A stretch of DNA of 64,000 bases. Origin: a virus. Its lineage: Duplodnaviria > Heunggongvirae > Uroviricota > Caudoviricetes. Numbering within the stretch: position 1 is the stretch's first letter; each line of letters starts with the position of its first letter. Below, one piece after another: positions 1-10,509 of this stretch. The stretch is taken from positions 42,581 to 106,580 of the IMG/VR virus record IMGVR_UViG_3300012344_000014; one strand, written 5' to 3'. The notes under the pieces were generated by a model, which saw nothing but the letters and a program-made list of their open reading frames with translations, had not been told where the DNA came from and did not search any database. The position numbers and the translations under genes are program-made.

Positions 1-204
1 AGCCGGTTCAAGACGAAGATCGACAACGAGAAGCTGGCGTTTCTGGAGGGAGATGAAGAGATCGCCTATATCAGCAACAACAGAATGTATATCACAGAGG
101 CGAACGTGACGAACAAGCTCACGGTAGGCGCGAAGTCGCTGGGCGGCGTATGGGAATGGGAAGCCGTTACCGCGGGTATGGGACTTAAATATAAAAGGAC
201 GTAA
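1..204 (+). CDS. 3' end of a phage structural protein gene whose start lies upstream of the window
   Basis: Open frame from nt 1 to TAA at 202-204. An RBS (aggaag) and ATG at 219 follow. Confidence 0.4.
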   Translation, partial: SRFKTKIDNEKLAFLEGDEEIAYISNNRMYITEANVTNKLTVGAKSLGGVWEWEAVTAGMGLKYKRT

Positions 205-218
205 AGGAAGTGTAAGGC

Positions 219-1601
219 ATGAGCGTTGAGCAAGAAACCGAGGGTTGGATTAAGGTACAATACGACACCTTAAAACCGGGGGAAAAACAGACAATAACAT
301 TTGGCGGAAACATGAGGTGGCTATATAACCATCTGCGGTTTAATGTCGGCGGAAATGAGTACGACCGGATGTACACACACGACATGGAGGGTATTTTTAC
401 ATTCATCATCCCGGAGACGCTGACGGAATCCTGCTCGGTGCTGGTCACGCTCAGCATTATTGCACCGGACACAGAGCGTACGCTGGCGACGAAGCAAGTC
501 CGGTTCAATGTGGAAGTGCCGCCTAAGGAAGCAGTTACGATCCCCAGCGCTGTATTCGGCATACGGAACCTGAGCGGCGGCGCGGCGGAGCAATGGGAGC
601 TGCAGGACGGTGCGCTTTACTGCATCCGCAAGATGAGCGACGTTGTAGTTACGGCAACATTCAAGGCGGGGTATTACCACTTCGGCGACCTTGCGGTATC
701 GGTGGGGCGCTATTATAAATCCTTCTCGGTCAAATACACGTCCGACGGGGAGCTTGACTCGATACCGGCCTCGTATGATGCGGTGCCGGAAGCATCCCGC
801 AACAGCTGCGTGTATGGCAACAAAACCCAGTTGACCGTGCGCCATGTGTTCGAAAAGATTGACATCTTCGGCGACGAGGTGCGGTGCTACGCGTCGTCTA
901 CAGATTCGGCGAAACGGCGTGTAATAACGGAGGATGTAACGTTCGAAGTTGCCAGCTCCACAACGGGGGTCGATTTCCCAGGGCCATGGACGGGGAAGAC
1001 GCTGAAGGTGCTCGACTACAGTTCGCCCTCGATCTATGACATAAAAGCATACCGAAGCACAGAAGACGGGCTGCCAGACGACGAGAGTAATCACGTGAGC
1101 GCGAGCTGCAGCGTAAACATTTACTCGTTGGGTGAGAAGAACGCGCTGGAGCCGGCGGTAAGCGGCGGGAAAGTGGTGGAAGTCGAATTCCGGACGGTTG
1201 GCGATGAGGCGTGGACGGCGCTGGGCACGCAGGACGTGGATATTACGCAGACCTATGCGGTGGAATACCCAACAACAGAAGACCCTGTGGTGCATGAGGT
1301 GCGGGTTACAGTAAGCGATAAGCTCTCGACAATATCGAAGATCACAACACTTTCCTCGGGTGTATATCCGATTTTCTTCCCAGCCGGCGGGCGCGGGGTA
1401 TCTTTCGGGATGATTGGGAACGAGCAGGACGCGGTGCAGATTTCGGGGGACTGGAAGATGTATCATGGCGTCGGCACGACAAAGCGGGAACTGACGGACG
1501 CGTTCCTCCGAAGCGAAATCTGGACGGGGACGTCGGAGCCTTCTGACAGCTATGTACTGCCGAAAGGCTATCTGTACCTGCAGCTGGACACGGGGGAGTA
1601 A
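219..1601 (+). CDS. hypothetical tail/baseplate-associated structural protein (460 aa)
   Basis: Long ORF with RBS, first gene of a co-directional tail-fibre operon. No recognisable catalytic motif. Confidence 0.6.
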   Translation: MSVEQETEGWIKVQYDTLKPGEKQTITFGGNMRWLYNHLRFNVGGNEYDRMYTHDMEGIFTFIIPETLTESCSVLVTLSIIAPDTERTLATKQVRFNVEVPPKEAVTIPSAVFGIRNLSGGAAEQWELQDGALYCIRKMSDVVVTATFKAGYYHFGDLAVSVGRYYKSFSVKYTSDGELDSIPASYDAVPEASRNSCVYGNKTQLTVRHVFEKIDIFGDEVRCYASSTDSAKRRVITEDVTFEVASSTTGVDFPGPWTGKTLKVLDYSSPSIYDIKAYRSTEDGLPDDESNHVSASCSVNIYSLGEKNALEPAVSGGKVVEVEFRTVGDEAWTALGTQDVDITQTYAVEYPTTEDPVVHEVRVTVSDKLSTISKITTLSSGVYPIFFPAGGRGVSFGMIGNEQDAVQISGDWKMYHGVGTTKRELTDAFLRSEIWTGTSEPSDSYVLPKGYLYLQLDTGE

Positions 1602-1606
1602 ACGAG

Positions 1607-2620
1607 ATGGCGCTATATATTGGAAACGCGGACAACAAACCACAATATGTGGCGGGGCTGTTTTACGGCGACGCAAACAACAAACCTGTACGCGTAGTCG
1701 CGGGGTGGATTGGCGACGAAAACAACAAACCCCGGCTGTTCTATTCGCCAAACCTGGAATACACGGTAGACGCTTACGGCGCGGACTGGTGGGGCGGAGA
1801 ATTCTATATTAATATGCTGAACGTGAGCGGTGGCACAGGCCGATACAGATACAAGTTCACGCTGACAGTTGAAGGGAAAGACCCGCTTGTTTACGAATCA
1901 CCGGAGCCGACGCGGGCAACCTCATGCAGCCACACGTTTACGCTGCCGAATGCTGGCACCTATGCGACATGGGAAGCGACAGTTATGGACGCGGCTAACG
2001 CGCATTGTATGGGGAGCCAGAGCGGCCGGTTCGATGTGGTGCGGGTGCCGTTTGTTATGGGGTGTGAGGCGGCACAGATCAACCTTTATGCGAATGGCGT
2101 ATGGAAGGCAACAATTTACAGCAATGTTCTGAAAAACTACGACAGGAACAAAGCGAAAGCCAGCGTCAAAGAAGTAAACGACGACCTGACGGTAGAATGT
2201 TCGATCGATTATTATGACGAGAATTACGCCAGCCCGGAGGTATGGTTTACGGCTGAAAGTCCTGGTACATACAGGTTGGAGTATTTAACGCTTACGACCT
2301 CTAGAGGGGTAACCGCTACGGCTGGTTCTGGCGCGACCATCTCGGTGTACGTCAAATCAAAAACAGTTACCAATGTCGTCAACTTCTATGGTTCGTCTCC
2401 GCAACTTTACTTTAATGCGAACGAGGACACGCCGTCCATGGAATATGTAGACGCGGTATACGGTGTCACCAAGGTCAACAGCAAATGGTATTCTTTCAGC
2501 CATACGCTTGTCTATCAAAACGGTGACCTGTGGGACGGCAGTTATATTGGAACATTGTACTTCCTGGCTTCTGATTTCTACGGCGAGATCATACCCAGCA
2601 TGGACGTATATTACAGTTAA
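1607..2620 (+). CDS. hypothetical tail-associated protein with N-terminal NNKP repeats (337 aa)
   Basis: ORF tightly coupled to the upstream gene. Repeated '..NNKP..' motif; structural-module context. Confidence 0.6.
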   Translation: MALYIGNADNKPQYVAGLFYGDANNKPVRVVAGWIGDENNKPRLFYSPNLEYTVDAYGADWWGGEFYINMLNVSGGTGRYRYKFTLTVEGKDPLVYESPEPTRATSCSHTFTLPNAGTYATWEATVMDAANAHCMGSQSGRFDVVRVPFVMGCEAAQINLYANGVWKATIYSNVLKNYDRNKAKASVKEVNDDLTVECSIDYYDENYASPEVWFTAESPGTYRLEYLTLTTSRGVTATAGSGATISVYVKSKTVTNVVNFYGSSPQLYFNANEDTPSMEYVDAVYGVTKVNSKWYSFSHTLVYQNGDLWDGSYIGTLYFLASDFYGEIIPSMDVYYS

Positions 2621-2629
2621 GGAGGGTGA

Positions 2630-3811
2630 ATGGATATGGCAGACAAAATTTCTCTCGGCCGCGTTGTGACCGTACCGCGCGGCAAATATGACGCGAGCGC
2701 GGAATACAAAAAATAGGACATTGTGGAATATGAGGGCAACGGTTACATCGTGCTCAAGGACGTGAGCGGCACGGCGCCGACCGGCGCGAACGATGACCCG
2801 AACTATTCGCTTATCAGCCGGCGGGGGGCGACTTATACCCCGTCGGTGGACACAAGCGGGAACCTTACATGGGCAAACAACGCCGAACTGGAGAACCCGA
2901 CGGCGCGCAACATCACGGGGCCGAAGGGCGAACAGGGCGACCCCGGCAAGAACTTTACGATTAAGGGTGTATATGCGACGCTTGCAGCTTTGCAGGCAGG
3001 CGTACCAGCTCCGGCGCAGAGCGACTTCTATGCGGTGGGCACGGCCGGAGCGTATGAAGTTTACATGTGGAACAACAGCGCGTGGCTGAACATGGGATCG
3101 CTTCATGGCCCCGCAGGCCCCGCGTTCATTCCGAGCGTGGATGACGCCGGCAACCTGAGCTGGAGCGCGATTGAAGGCTACACCACGCCGACGACAAAAA
3201 ACATCAAAGGCCCTGCGGGCGACGTATGGAAGCCGACAGTGGCGGCGGATGGCGGAATCAGCTGGACGAAGGACAACACAGCGACTGCGCCGGCGGCTGC
3301 GAACATCAAGGGGCCTCAGGGCATTGCGGGGCCTGCGTTTGTGCCTACGGTGGCGGACGACGGCACGCTGAGCTGGGCACCTATTGACGGTTACACAACA
3401 CCGGCATCGAAAAACATTATGGGGCCGAACAAGATCACGGCGAACACGGCGACCGATTTCCCAAACACATCAGGGACGCAACGTTCCGGCATGCTGCGGG
3501 CGACCGGCGGAAAGGTGACGCTGGCTGTCGCGGGGCTGGATTACGCGGCTCCTCCGACCGTTACATCCATCACCCTGACGGCGGCGGGATGGACAGAGAA
3601 GGCGCAGACCATCAGCACAGGGCTGAGCATGGTGACGGCGAGCAACACAATTATTGTGGAGCCCGCGCCGGCCTCTGTCGCCGTATGGCGGGAGTGCGGA
3701 ATTTATTGTTCTGCACAAGCTGCGGGCAGCCTTACATTCACCTGTGTTGAGGACGCTCCCACGGACGCGGTAACTGTGAACGTCATGGCGATGGACACGA
3801 CGACGGCATAA
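2630..3811 (+). CDS. tail fibre protein containing an in-frame TAG (2714-2716) read as sense
   Basis: RBS aaggaggg then ATG at 2630. The 28-codon N-terminus (MDMADKISLGRVVTVPRGKYDASAEYKK) is in frame with the fibre body (DIVEYEGNGYIVLKD...) across a single TAG. Shares a collagen-adjacent segment and C-terminal domain (LTAAGW...YCSAQAAG..F.C) with the other fibres; ends TAA. Confidence 0.7.
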
Positions 3812-3906
3812 CACGTTGTCTACCGAAACCTGTTTTCGTTCGATAATATACAGAGGGAGGAGTTTTTAATTCCTACCATTTTTTGTAAATCATGGAGGTG
3901 AGAAGC

Positions 3907-4248
3907 ATGTGCGATGATACCTCTGCAATTGAATTTGTGCAGGGCGATTCTGTCGACCGAATTTTTCTGCTGCAGGACGAAGCTGGCGAAGCGGTAGACC
4001 CCACCACAATCGCCGCTGTATATTTTACCTGCCGGGCTGCGAAATTCCAGCAACAGCTTTTTTATGACGAAACCCAGCAGGCATATCTGCTTACGATGAC
4101 ATATGACGATACGCGCGTTATGCCGAAAGGCCGATGGACGTACGACTTGACGGTTGAGTTTGTCGACACAAAACGGCGAACGGCGACGTATAACGGAACT
4201 TTTAATATCTTGCCAAAGATTAATTGTGTTGCTTACGAGGGGGGATAA
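3907..4248 (+). CDS. hypothetical small structural protein
   Basis: ORF 3892-4248; the internal ATG at 3907 has the better RBS (ggaggtg). Confidence 0.5.
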   Translation: MCDDTSAIEFVQGDSVDRIFLLQDEAGEAVDPTTIAAVYFTCRAAKFQQQLFYDETQQAYLLTMTYDDTRVMPKGRWTYDLTVEFVDTKRRTATYNGTFNILPKINCVAYEGG

Positions 4249-4250
4249 CT

Positions 4251-4535
4251 ATGGCCGGGTCTACCGACTCTCCGAAGATAACTGTAAGCGTGCGGGAACC
4301 CCCGAAGATCAACGTTGTAATCGGAACCGGCGGGGGCGGCAGTTACACGCTCTTCCCCGCGACCGACAAGACGCTGGGCGGCATCAAAGTGGGCGACGCG
4401 CTTACAATTACGAAAGACGGCGTACTGTCCGTGCTCAGAGCGGACGCCGTGGAAGAAGACAACACGTTGCCCATTACATCCGCGGCGGTGCATACCGAAA
4501 TCGGTAATATTGCCGTTTTGCTATCTACAATATAA
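4251..4535 (+). CDS. hypothetical protein (94 aa)
   Basis: RBS gagggggg then ATG at 4251; ends TAA. Confidence 0.5.
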   Translation: MAGSTDSPKITVSVREPPKINVVIGTGGGGSYTLFPATDKTLGGIKVGDALTITKDGVLSVLRADAVEEDNTLPITSAAVHTEIGNIAVLLSTI

Positions 4536-4547
4536 GGAGCTGATATT

Positions 4548-5759
4548 ATGCCTCAGACCACAATTGCAACTGAGATTGCGCGTATACAGACAGATAGAAA
4601 TACAATCAGAACAAAATAGGTCGACCTTGGCCTTGCAACTTCGACGGCGACGCTGGACGATTTAGCAGCCGCGATTGAGGGGATCGAAAACAGGGGCGCG
4701 GTCAACGCCAGTGTCACTGAAGGCAACACCTATACCATCCCGAAGGGTTATCACAACGGGAGCGGCACCGTCGCGGGCGTTGCGGGCGGCGGCAACTACA
4801 CGCTGCAGGCGAAGAGCATCACGCCCACAAAGAAGGGACAGAACGTCACTTCCGACGACGGGTATTACGGCCTGTCTGCTGTAACCGTCGCGGCGATCCC
4901 CGAAGCTTATCAGGACGTTTCGAGCACAACTGCTGCGGCCGGGAATGTCTTGGCTGGTAAAGTGTTCGTCACGGCGGCGGGCACAGTCACGACCGGTACG
5001 ATGGTCAATAACGGCGCGGTTGCAAAGACATTGGATGCATCGACGACCAGCTATACCGTTCCTGCCGGATACCACAGCGGCGCTGGAAAAGTGCAGATCG
5101 TGACGGAAACCAAGTCTGTCACGCCTGCGGAATCTGCGCAGGACGTCACGCCGACAACCGGTAAGGTGCTGAGCAAGGTAACCGTCGGCGCAATCCCGGC
5201 CAAGTACGCGGACGCGACCGACGTGAGTGTTACGGCCGATAAGCTGCTCAAGGACGAAACCGCAATCGGCTGGGACGCGGAGGCGGAGGCCCCTGTGGCC
5301 GTGACCGGCACCATGCCGAATAACGGGGCTATCTCAAAGACACTGGACACAACGACAGCCAGTTATACCATTGCGAAGGGCTATCACGACGGTACCGGCG
5401 TGATTAAGCTGGTAACGGAAACCAAGTCCGCTACCCCGACCGAATCCACGCAGACAATTTCCCCGACAGCCGGCAAAGTACTTTCGAGCGTCACTGTGAA
5501 TCGTATTCCGACCAAGTACAAGGACGCGACCGGCATGACCGCCACGGCGGCGGGGATGCTGGCGGATACGACGGCGATCGGCTGGGACGCCGCCAAGTCG
5601 CTCCCTGTTGTGCTGACCGGTACAATGGCAAATAATGGCAGCGTTACTACCACCATCGACGGCCTGACGACCACTTCGGTTTCTATCCCTGCCGGTTACA
5701 CGACTGGCGGAACTGTTTCTCTCACTGATGATATTTATACCGCTCTTGCGGCGATTTAA
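4548..5759 (+). CDS. tail protein with four tandem ~90-aa repeats; in-frame TAG at 4617-4619 read as sense
   Basis: ATG at 4548 (RBS aaggag). The sequence MPQTTIATEIARIQTDRNTIRTK-TAG-VDLGLATSTATLDD... runs in one frame into ORF 4950-5759. Repeats of '...TTSYT.P.GYH.G.G.V.IVTETKS.TP.ES.Q..PT.GKVLS.VTV..IP.KY'. Confidence 0.65.
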
Positions 5760-5773
5760 GGCGGTGAAATAAG

Positions 5774-7663
5774 ATGGGAAACGTTCAGGGTGAGATTGAT
5801 CGCATTAGCGGCGCGAAGACCACACTGGGTGACTATCTCACCCAGAACGGGGTCAGCGTGGCCGACAGCGACAAGATTGACACGATGGCAAGCAAGCTTT
5901 CGACCGTAACGGCGAAGCAGGATAAGATTACTGCGAAGGGGATCCTTAAAGGGGATGGCGCGGGCACCATCACGGCGGCAGTGGCGGGGACGGATTACCT
6001 GACCCCGCAAGGGAACGCTGCGACGGCGACAAAACTGGCGACAGCCAGAACCATTGCCCTTGGCACCGGCGCGACCGGTACCGCGACAGGCTTTGACGGC
6101 AGTGGGAATATTACGATTCCGGTTACGGCTGTGAAGGAAAAGTATCTGAGCTGGGGCGGGAAAAATATCGTTGGAGATATTGCGCCTGTTGACGCGAGTA
6201 TGAGCGGAATGCTCGGCGCGGTTCGCAGCAATTTCATGAATCCTGCGGGAATTACAGTCGAATATTCCACGGATAGCGGCGTGACTTGGACAGATTATGG
6301 AGCGTCGGATAGTGATAAACGCGCACTTGTTAGCGAGTGTGCTTCTATGCCCAACTTTAAGCTGGGCAAGTACACCGATGGAGCTACGAGAGCAACAGAC
6401 CAGTTAAGGATTACAATTGATGGCGTTGCTGGCGGCGTTTACTTTAGTTTGAAGACGCTTTGTATTTATATGACTACAGGTGGGGCTTCGGGCTGTAAAT
6501 GCAAAGTTGAACACGCTCAGGGTAAAGCAGGTGCAACCGGTTTAAGCGATCTATCTTTTGTTACTGACGGAACTTATGATGTTGCTGGCTGGTCTGGTTG
6601 GAACAGTATTCCTTGCTCGTTAGCATATGGCGGTAAACGTACAAGAACTGATAATTCCAATGCAATCAGATTAACATTTTCTATTACAACGCCATATAGT
6701 CAGAGCCAACAATGCTGTATATATCGCGTTTTGATGCTGGGTACTACTTGCTGGGTTGGAAACAGTAATCAAGCAACATATGGAACGGCCTATCAATTAG
6801 ATGTGAGCCAGAATGTTGTTTTCCCCGCACAAGTTGCCGCCACCAAATTCAAGGGCGCGCTAACGAACGCTCTTAAGATCAACGGCAAAACCTACGACGG
6901 TTCCGCTGCGGTTAACGTGGGCGTTATCGGTGCGGCATACGGCGGCTCGGGGAAGACGACGCTTACGGATAGCGCGAACGCGTTTATAAACGCATTGACC
7001 AGCGGGACTGCAACTCCATCCGACGGAGACTATTATATCAGTCAATGGGCAAATGCGGCAAGCTCAACGGACGTGCAAAAAGCTACGTATGTGCGGCGAC
7101 CGATCAGCTCGCTTTGGACATACATCAAATCCAAAATCCCTTCGTGGGCATTGGCAGCGTCGAAGCCGACCTACACGGCAACCGAAGTGGGCGCTGAAGC
7201 GAGCGGCGCGGTGAGCACGCACAACACCAGCACGTCCGCGCATAGCACGCTGTTCGCGAACAAGGTGGACAAGGTGACCGGCAAGGGACTGTCCAGTAAC
7301 GACTATACGACCTCTGAGAAAGAAAAGCTTGCTGCGATTGAAGCGGGCGCGCAGAAGAACGTACAGGCGGACTGGGCGGCCACCAGCGGCGCAGCCGCCA
7401 TACTGAACAAACCCACCTTGCCCACCGTCGCACAGGCGCAGGTCACGCTGACGGCGGCGGGATGGAGCGGCACTACTCAGACCGTGACTGTATCCGGCGT
7501 GACGGCTGATAACATGGTCATCGTCACCTATGCGCCCGGCAGCCGCGCGGCATGGACGGACGCGGATATTTACTGCTCCGCGCAGGCGGCGAACGCGCTG
7601 GTCTTCACCTGCTCGGATACGCCTACAGAAGACGTGACCGCGAACGTGGCGATCTTCGGCTAA
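5774..7663 (+). CDS. tail fibre protein (629 aa)
   Basis: Carries the motif 'VTGKGLSSNDYTTSEKEKLAAIEAGAQKNVQADW' shared with ORF 10510, and the C-terminal module 'LTAAGW...YCSAQAAN..FTC' shared with ORFs 2630 and 10510. Confidence 0.8.
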   Translation: MGNVQGEIDRISGAKTTLGDYLTQNGVSVADSDKIDTMASKLSTVTAKQDKITAKGILKGDGAGTITAAVAGTDYLTPQGNAATATKLATARTIALGTGATGTATGFDGSGNITIPVTAVKEKYLSWGGKNIVGDIAPVDASMSGMLGAVRSNFMNPAGITVEYSTDSGVTWTDYGASDSDKRALVSECASMPNFKLGKYTDGATRATDQLRITIDGVAGGVYFSLKTLCIYMTTGGASGCKCKVEHAQGKAGATGLSDLSFVTDGTYDVAGWSGWNSIPCSLAYGGKRTRTDNSNAIRLTFSITTPYSQSQQCCIYRVLMLGTTCWVGNSNQATYGTAYQLDVSQNVVFPAQVAATKFKGALTNALKINGKTYDGSAAVNVGVIGAAYGGSGKTTLTDSANAFINALTSGTATPSDGDYYISQWANAASSTDVQKATYVRRPISSLWTYIKSKIPSWALAASKPTYTATEVGAEASGAVSTHNTSTSAHSTLFANKVDKVTGKGLSSNDYTTSEKEKLAAIEAGAQKNVQADWAATSGAAAILNKPTLPTVAQAQVTLTAAGWSGTTQTVTVSGVTADNMVIVTYAPGSRAAWTDADIYCSAQAANALVFTCSDTPTEDVTANVAIFG

Positions 7664-7676
7664 GGGGGCGGCGCGC

Positions 7677-8765
7677 ATGATCTATAACAGCTCGACAGGC
7701 TCGACCGATATTCTGGTCTGGCAGAGCGTCGAAATCACCACCCCGCCCACGCGGACGACGTATAACATTGATGAAGCGTTCGACCCGGCGGGAATGGTCG
7801 TTTCGCTCGTTTTTGCGGACGGCACGCGCATCGCAACGAACGCCTATACCGTCTCGCCTGCCACGCTCACGCTGGAAACCACGGCCGTCACGCTGACGGT
7901 CTCCTTCGGTGGAGGGACAAAAACCGTCACGCAGGCCGTGACGGTGCAGGAAAAGAAGTCGATGAGCTATTCCGGCGCGCACACGGTGAAGGAAATCACC
8001 GTCGGTGGCGTGACGTACACGCAGTACACAATTACCGGTTCCGGAACGCTGACCGTCGAAGGTACGTACAACGACGCTGCGATATGGCTCTGCGGAGGCG
8101 GGGCAAACGGAACCACTCCGCAATATTCCGGAGGGCCTGGCGGCGCGGGCGCATACTGCGCGCAAGCAGACAATCAAACACTGCATGGAACTTATGTGAT
8201 TACAATTGGGGCCGCATCCGCCGCTACTTCATTTGGAGATCTATTGAGTGTCGCGGCTGTGTCTGGTGCGAGCGGAGGTACGGGCGGCGGAAGCTCAGGC
8301 GGCGAGGTCTACTGGGCAACTCAATATGAAACATCGGAGAGGCTGTGGTATAACCAGGGTGCTGGTGATAAAGTTGCAAAATATCCATTTTCTGATACAG
8401 CCAGTTTCCAGCCCCACTGCGCGGGAGGAGGCGGCGGTGCGTATTATCAGCGGACTCCCTCTCAGGACTTTGGGGCTACAGGTGGTGCAGGCGGCACAAA
8501 CGGCGAATCTGGCAAAACAGGCAGCCTGGTGTCTTACTCTGGAATTGGTAGCTTCTATGGAGGGAGTGGCGGGAGTCGCGGCGGCGGTAGCGGAGGGTCT
8601 TCAGGCAAATCAGTTGATGCGTCCGCTGGTGGCAATGCAACGTTCTACGGCTCTGGAGGTGGTGGTGGCGGATACTATGAAGCGACAGCGATAGGCGCCG
8701 CAACACAGAAGAAATCCGGCGGCGCTGGCTATCAGGGCATCGTTTACATCCGCGTGCCCGCTTAA
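7677..8765 (+). CDS. glycine-rich tail-fibre-associated protein, paralogue 1
   Basis: 'TITGSGTLTVEG...WLCGGGANG' core, poly-Gly tracts, and conserved C-terminus 'GAGYQGIVYIRVPA'. Confidence 0.65.
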   Translation: MIYNSSTGSTDILVWQSVEITTPPTRTTYNIDEAFDPAGMVVSLVFADGTRIATNAYTVSPATLTLETTAVTLTVSFGGGTKTVTQAVTVQEKKSMSYSGAHTVKEITVGGVTYTQYTITGSGTLTVEGTYNDAAIWLCGGGANGTTPQYSGGPGGAGAYCAQADNQTLHGTYVITIGAASAATSFGDLLSVAAVSGASGGTGGGSSGGEVYWATQYETSERLWYNQGAGDKVAKYPFSDTASFQPHCAGGGGGAYYQRTPSQDFGATGGAGGTNGESGKTGSLVSYSGIGSFYGGSGGSRGGGSGGSSGKSVDASAGGNATFYGSGGGGGGYYEATAIGAATQKKSGGAGYQGIVYIRVPA

Positions 8766-8789
8766 ACATAAGGGATAAAGGGTGATTTT

Positions 8790-9608
8790 ATGATTTTCAA
8801 CAGAATGATCGGCGGCGGCGGGAAAGCGACGATAACATACAGCGGAACCCACACGACCGAAAGCTATACATTAAACGGGCAGACCTATACGTAGTATAAA
8901 ATTACCGGCTCGGGTACATTAACCGTCAAAGGCAAAGCGAAAGGCGTCAAGGTGTGGCTTTGCGGAGGTGGGGCAAACGGATTGGGTGGAGATGCTTCTG
9001 GTGGCGGGCGTGGCGGCGGCGGAGCGTTTTGTGCTCAGTATGACAGCCAAAAGTTATCCGGCGTATACACGATTGCAATCGCAAGTGGCGGTGGGAACAG
9101 CAGTATAACCACAAACGGGAACGTTGTTTTCTTAGCAAATGGAGCTAGCGGCGCGAACGGCGGCACGGGCGGCGGCGGCTCGGACGGCACTGGCGGCACG
9201 GGTGACGGAGTGACGAAGTATCCGTTCAGTGATTCCACCACTTTTCAATGTCATTGCGCGGGAGGCGGCGGCGGTTCAGGTAAGTATGTCACAAACTATG
9301 ATTGGGATAACTACACAGAATATTCTAATGTAGCTTACGCCGGGAATGGCGGTTCCAACGGCGCGGCAGGCGGTAAAGGCTCGTCACCCGTAACTTACAG
9401 CGCACGTAATGCTCCCGGAGGAAGCGTCGGCGGCGGAACCGGTGGCTCTAAGTCCGCGGGAAGCGCTGCGACGTTCTATGGGAGCGGTGGAGGTGGCGGC
9501 GGGAGCGAAGATTATTCCATTTCGCACGACCCCGGCTACGCAAACCGGAGTTACAGCGGCGGTTCCGGCTACCAAGGCATTGTATACTTACTCGTTCCAA
9601 TTGAATAA
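8790..9608 (+). CDS. glycine-rich protein, paralogue 2; in-frame TAG at 8892-8894 read as sense
   Basis: ATG at 8790 (RBS agggataaaggg). 'TLNGQTYT-TAG-YKITGSGTLTVKG...VWLCGGGANG' aligns across the TAG with paralogues 7677 (TYTQYTITGSG) and 12744 (TYDLYTLTGSG). C-terminus 'GSGYQGIVYLLVP'. Confidence 0.6.
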
Positions 9609-9625
9609 CAGGAGGATATAAAGGA

Positions 9626-9886
9626 ATGAAATTTGCAGTTTTATCGACGGACCATACGATGGTTGAAAATGTAATTGTGGCGCGCGAAGACCAGCAAAGT
9701 GAGCTGCAGATCGCGCTGGGGCGCGTACTGATCGACGCAGGGCCTCTTGGCTTGACGGTCGGTGATCTTTTTAACGGCAGTGCTTGGACGCGCAATATAG
9801 AAGGGGAACAGGTCACGCTGCCCATCGGCGACAGCGCGGCTGTCACGGAAGCAATTGCAATTCTGGAAGGAGCGGATGACGAATGA
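9626..9886 (+). CDS. hypothetical protein (86 aa)
   Basis: RBS aggagg; TGA stop overlapping the next start. Confidence 0.45.
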   Translation: MKFAVLSTDHTMVENVIVAREDQQSELQIALGRVLIDAGPLGLTVGDLFNGSAWTRNIEGEQVTLPIGDSAAVTEAIAILEGADDE

Positions 9887-10488
9887 ATATGAGCGAAAGC
9901 CAGCGAACCAAACTGAAAGCAATTCGAGCGGCGATGGACGGCGGCGTAACGCTTGCGGCGGCGCAGGGCGCAGTTGAAATTAACGCCGTAGTAGAAATGA
10001 TCCGCCCTTGGAAGGCGGGCGCATATGCAGTAGGCGATGTTCGAGTTTATGCAGGCGTCCCGTACAAGTGCGTGCAGGCGCATGACTCGACCGAAAACAC
10101 GGACTGGACCCCGGATAAATACCCGGCGCTGTGGATGCAGTATCATGGCACATCCAAGGAGACGGCGCGGGCATGGGTTGCCCCGACCGGCGAGCAGGAT
10201 ATGTACCGCAAGGGCGAATGGATGATCTTCACGGACGGTAAGTATTACGAGTGCCTGACCGACACGAACTACAGCCCCACCGATCTGGCGAGTACATGGA
10301 AAGCAGACGGAGAAGAAACCGGAACCGAAACCGACGAATGGCCTGCGTTTGTTCAGCCGACCGGGGCACACGACGCATACAAGACCGGCGACAAGATAAC
10401 ATTCAATGGCAAGCATTACATCTGCAAGATGGACGGCTGTACCTATTCTCCGACCGACTACCCGGACGGCTGGACGGAACAGGCATAA
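9883..10488 (+). CDS. carbohydrate-binding protein with three CBM5/12-like repeats
   Basis: Three repeats of 'W..G.Y..GD.V.Y.G..Y.C.Q.H.S...W.P...P.LW'-like sequence. Confidence 0.55.
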   Translation: MNMSESQRTKLKAIRAAMDGGVTLAAAQGAVEINAVVEMIRPWKAGAYAVGDVRVYAGVPYKCVQAHDSTENTDWTPDKYPALWMQYHGTSKETARAWVAPTGEQDMYRKGEWMIFTDGKYYECLTDTNYSPTDLASTWKADGEETGTETDEWPAFVQPTGAHDAYKTGDKITFNGKHYICKMDGCTYSPTDYPDGWTEQA

Positions 10489-10509
10489 CAAACAGCGGAG
10501 GCGAGGCGG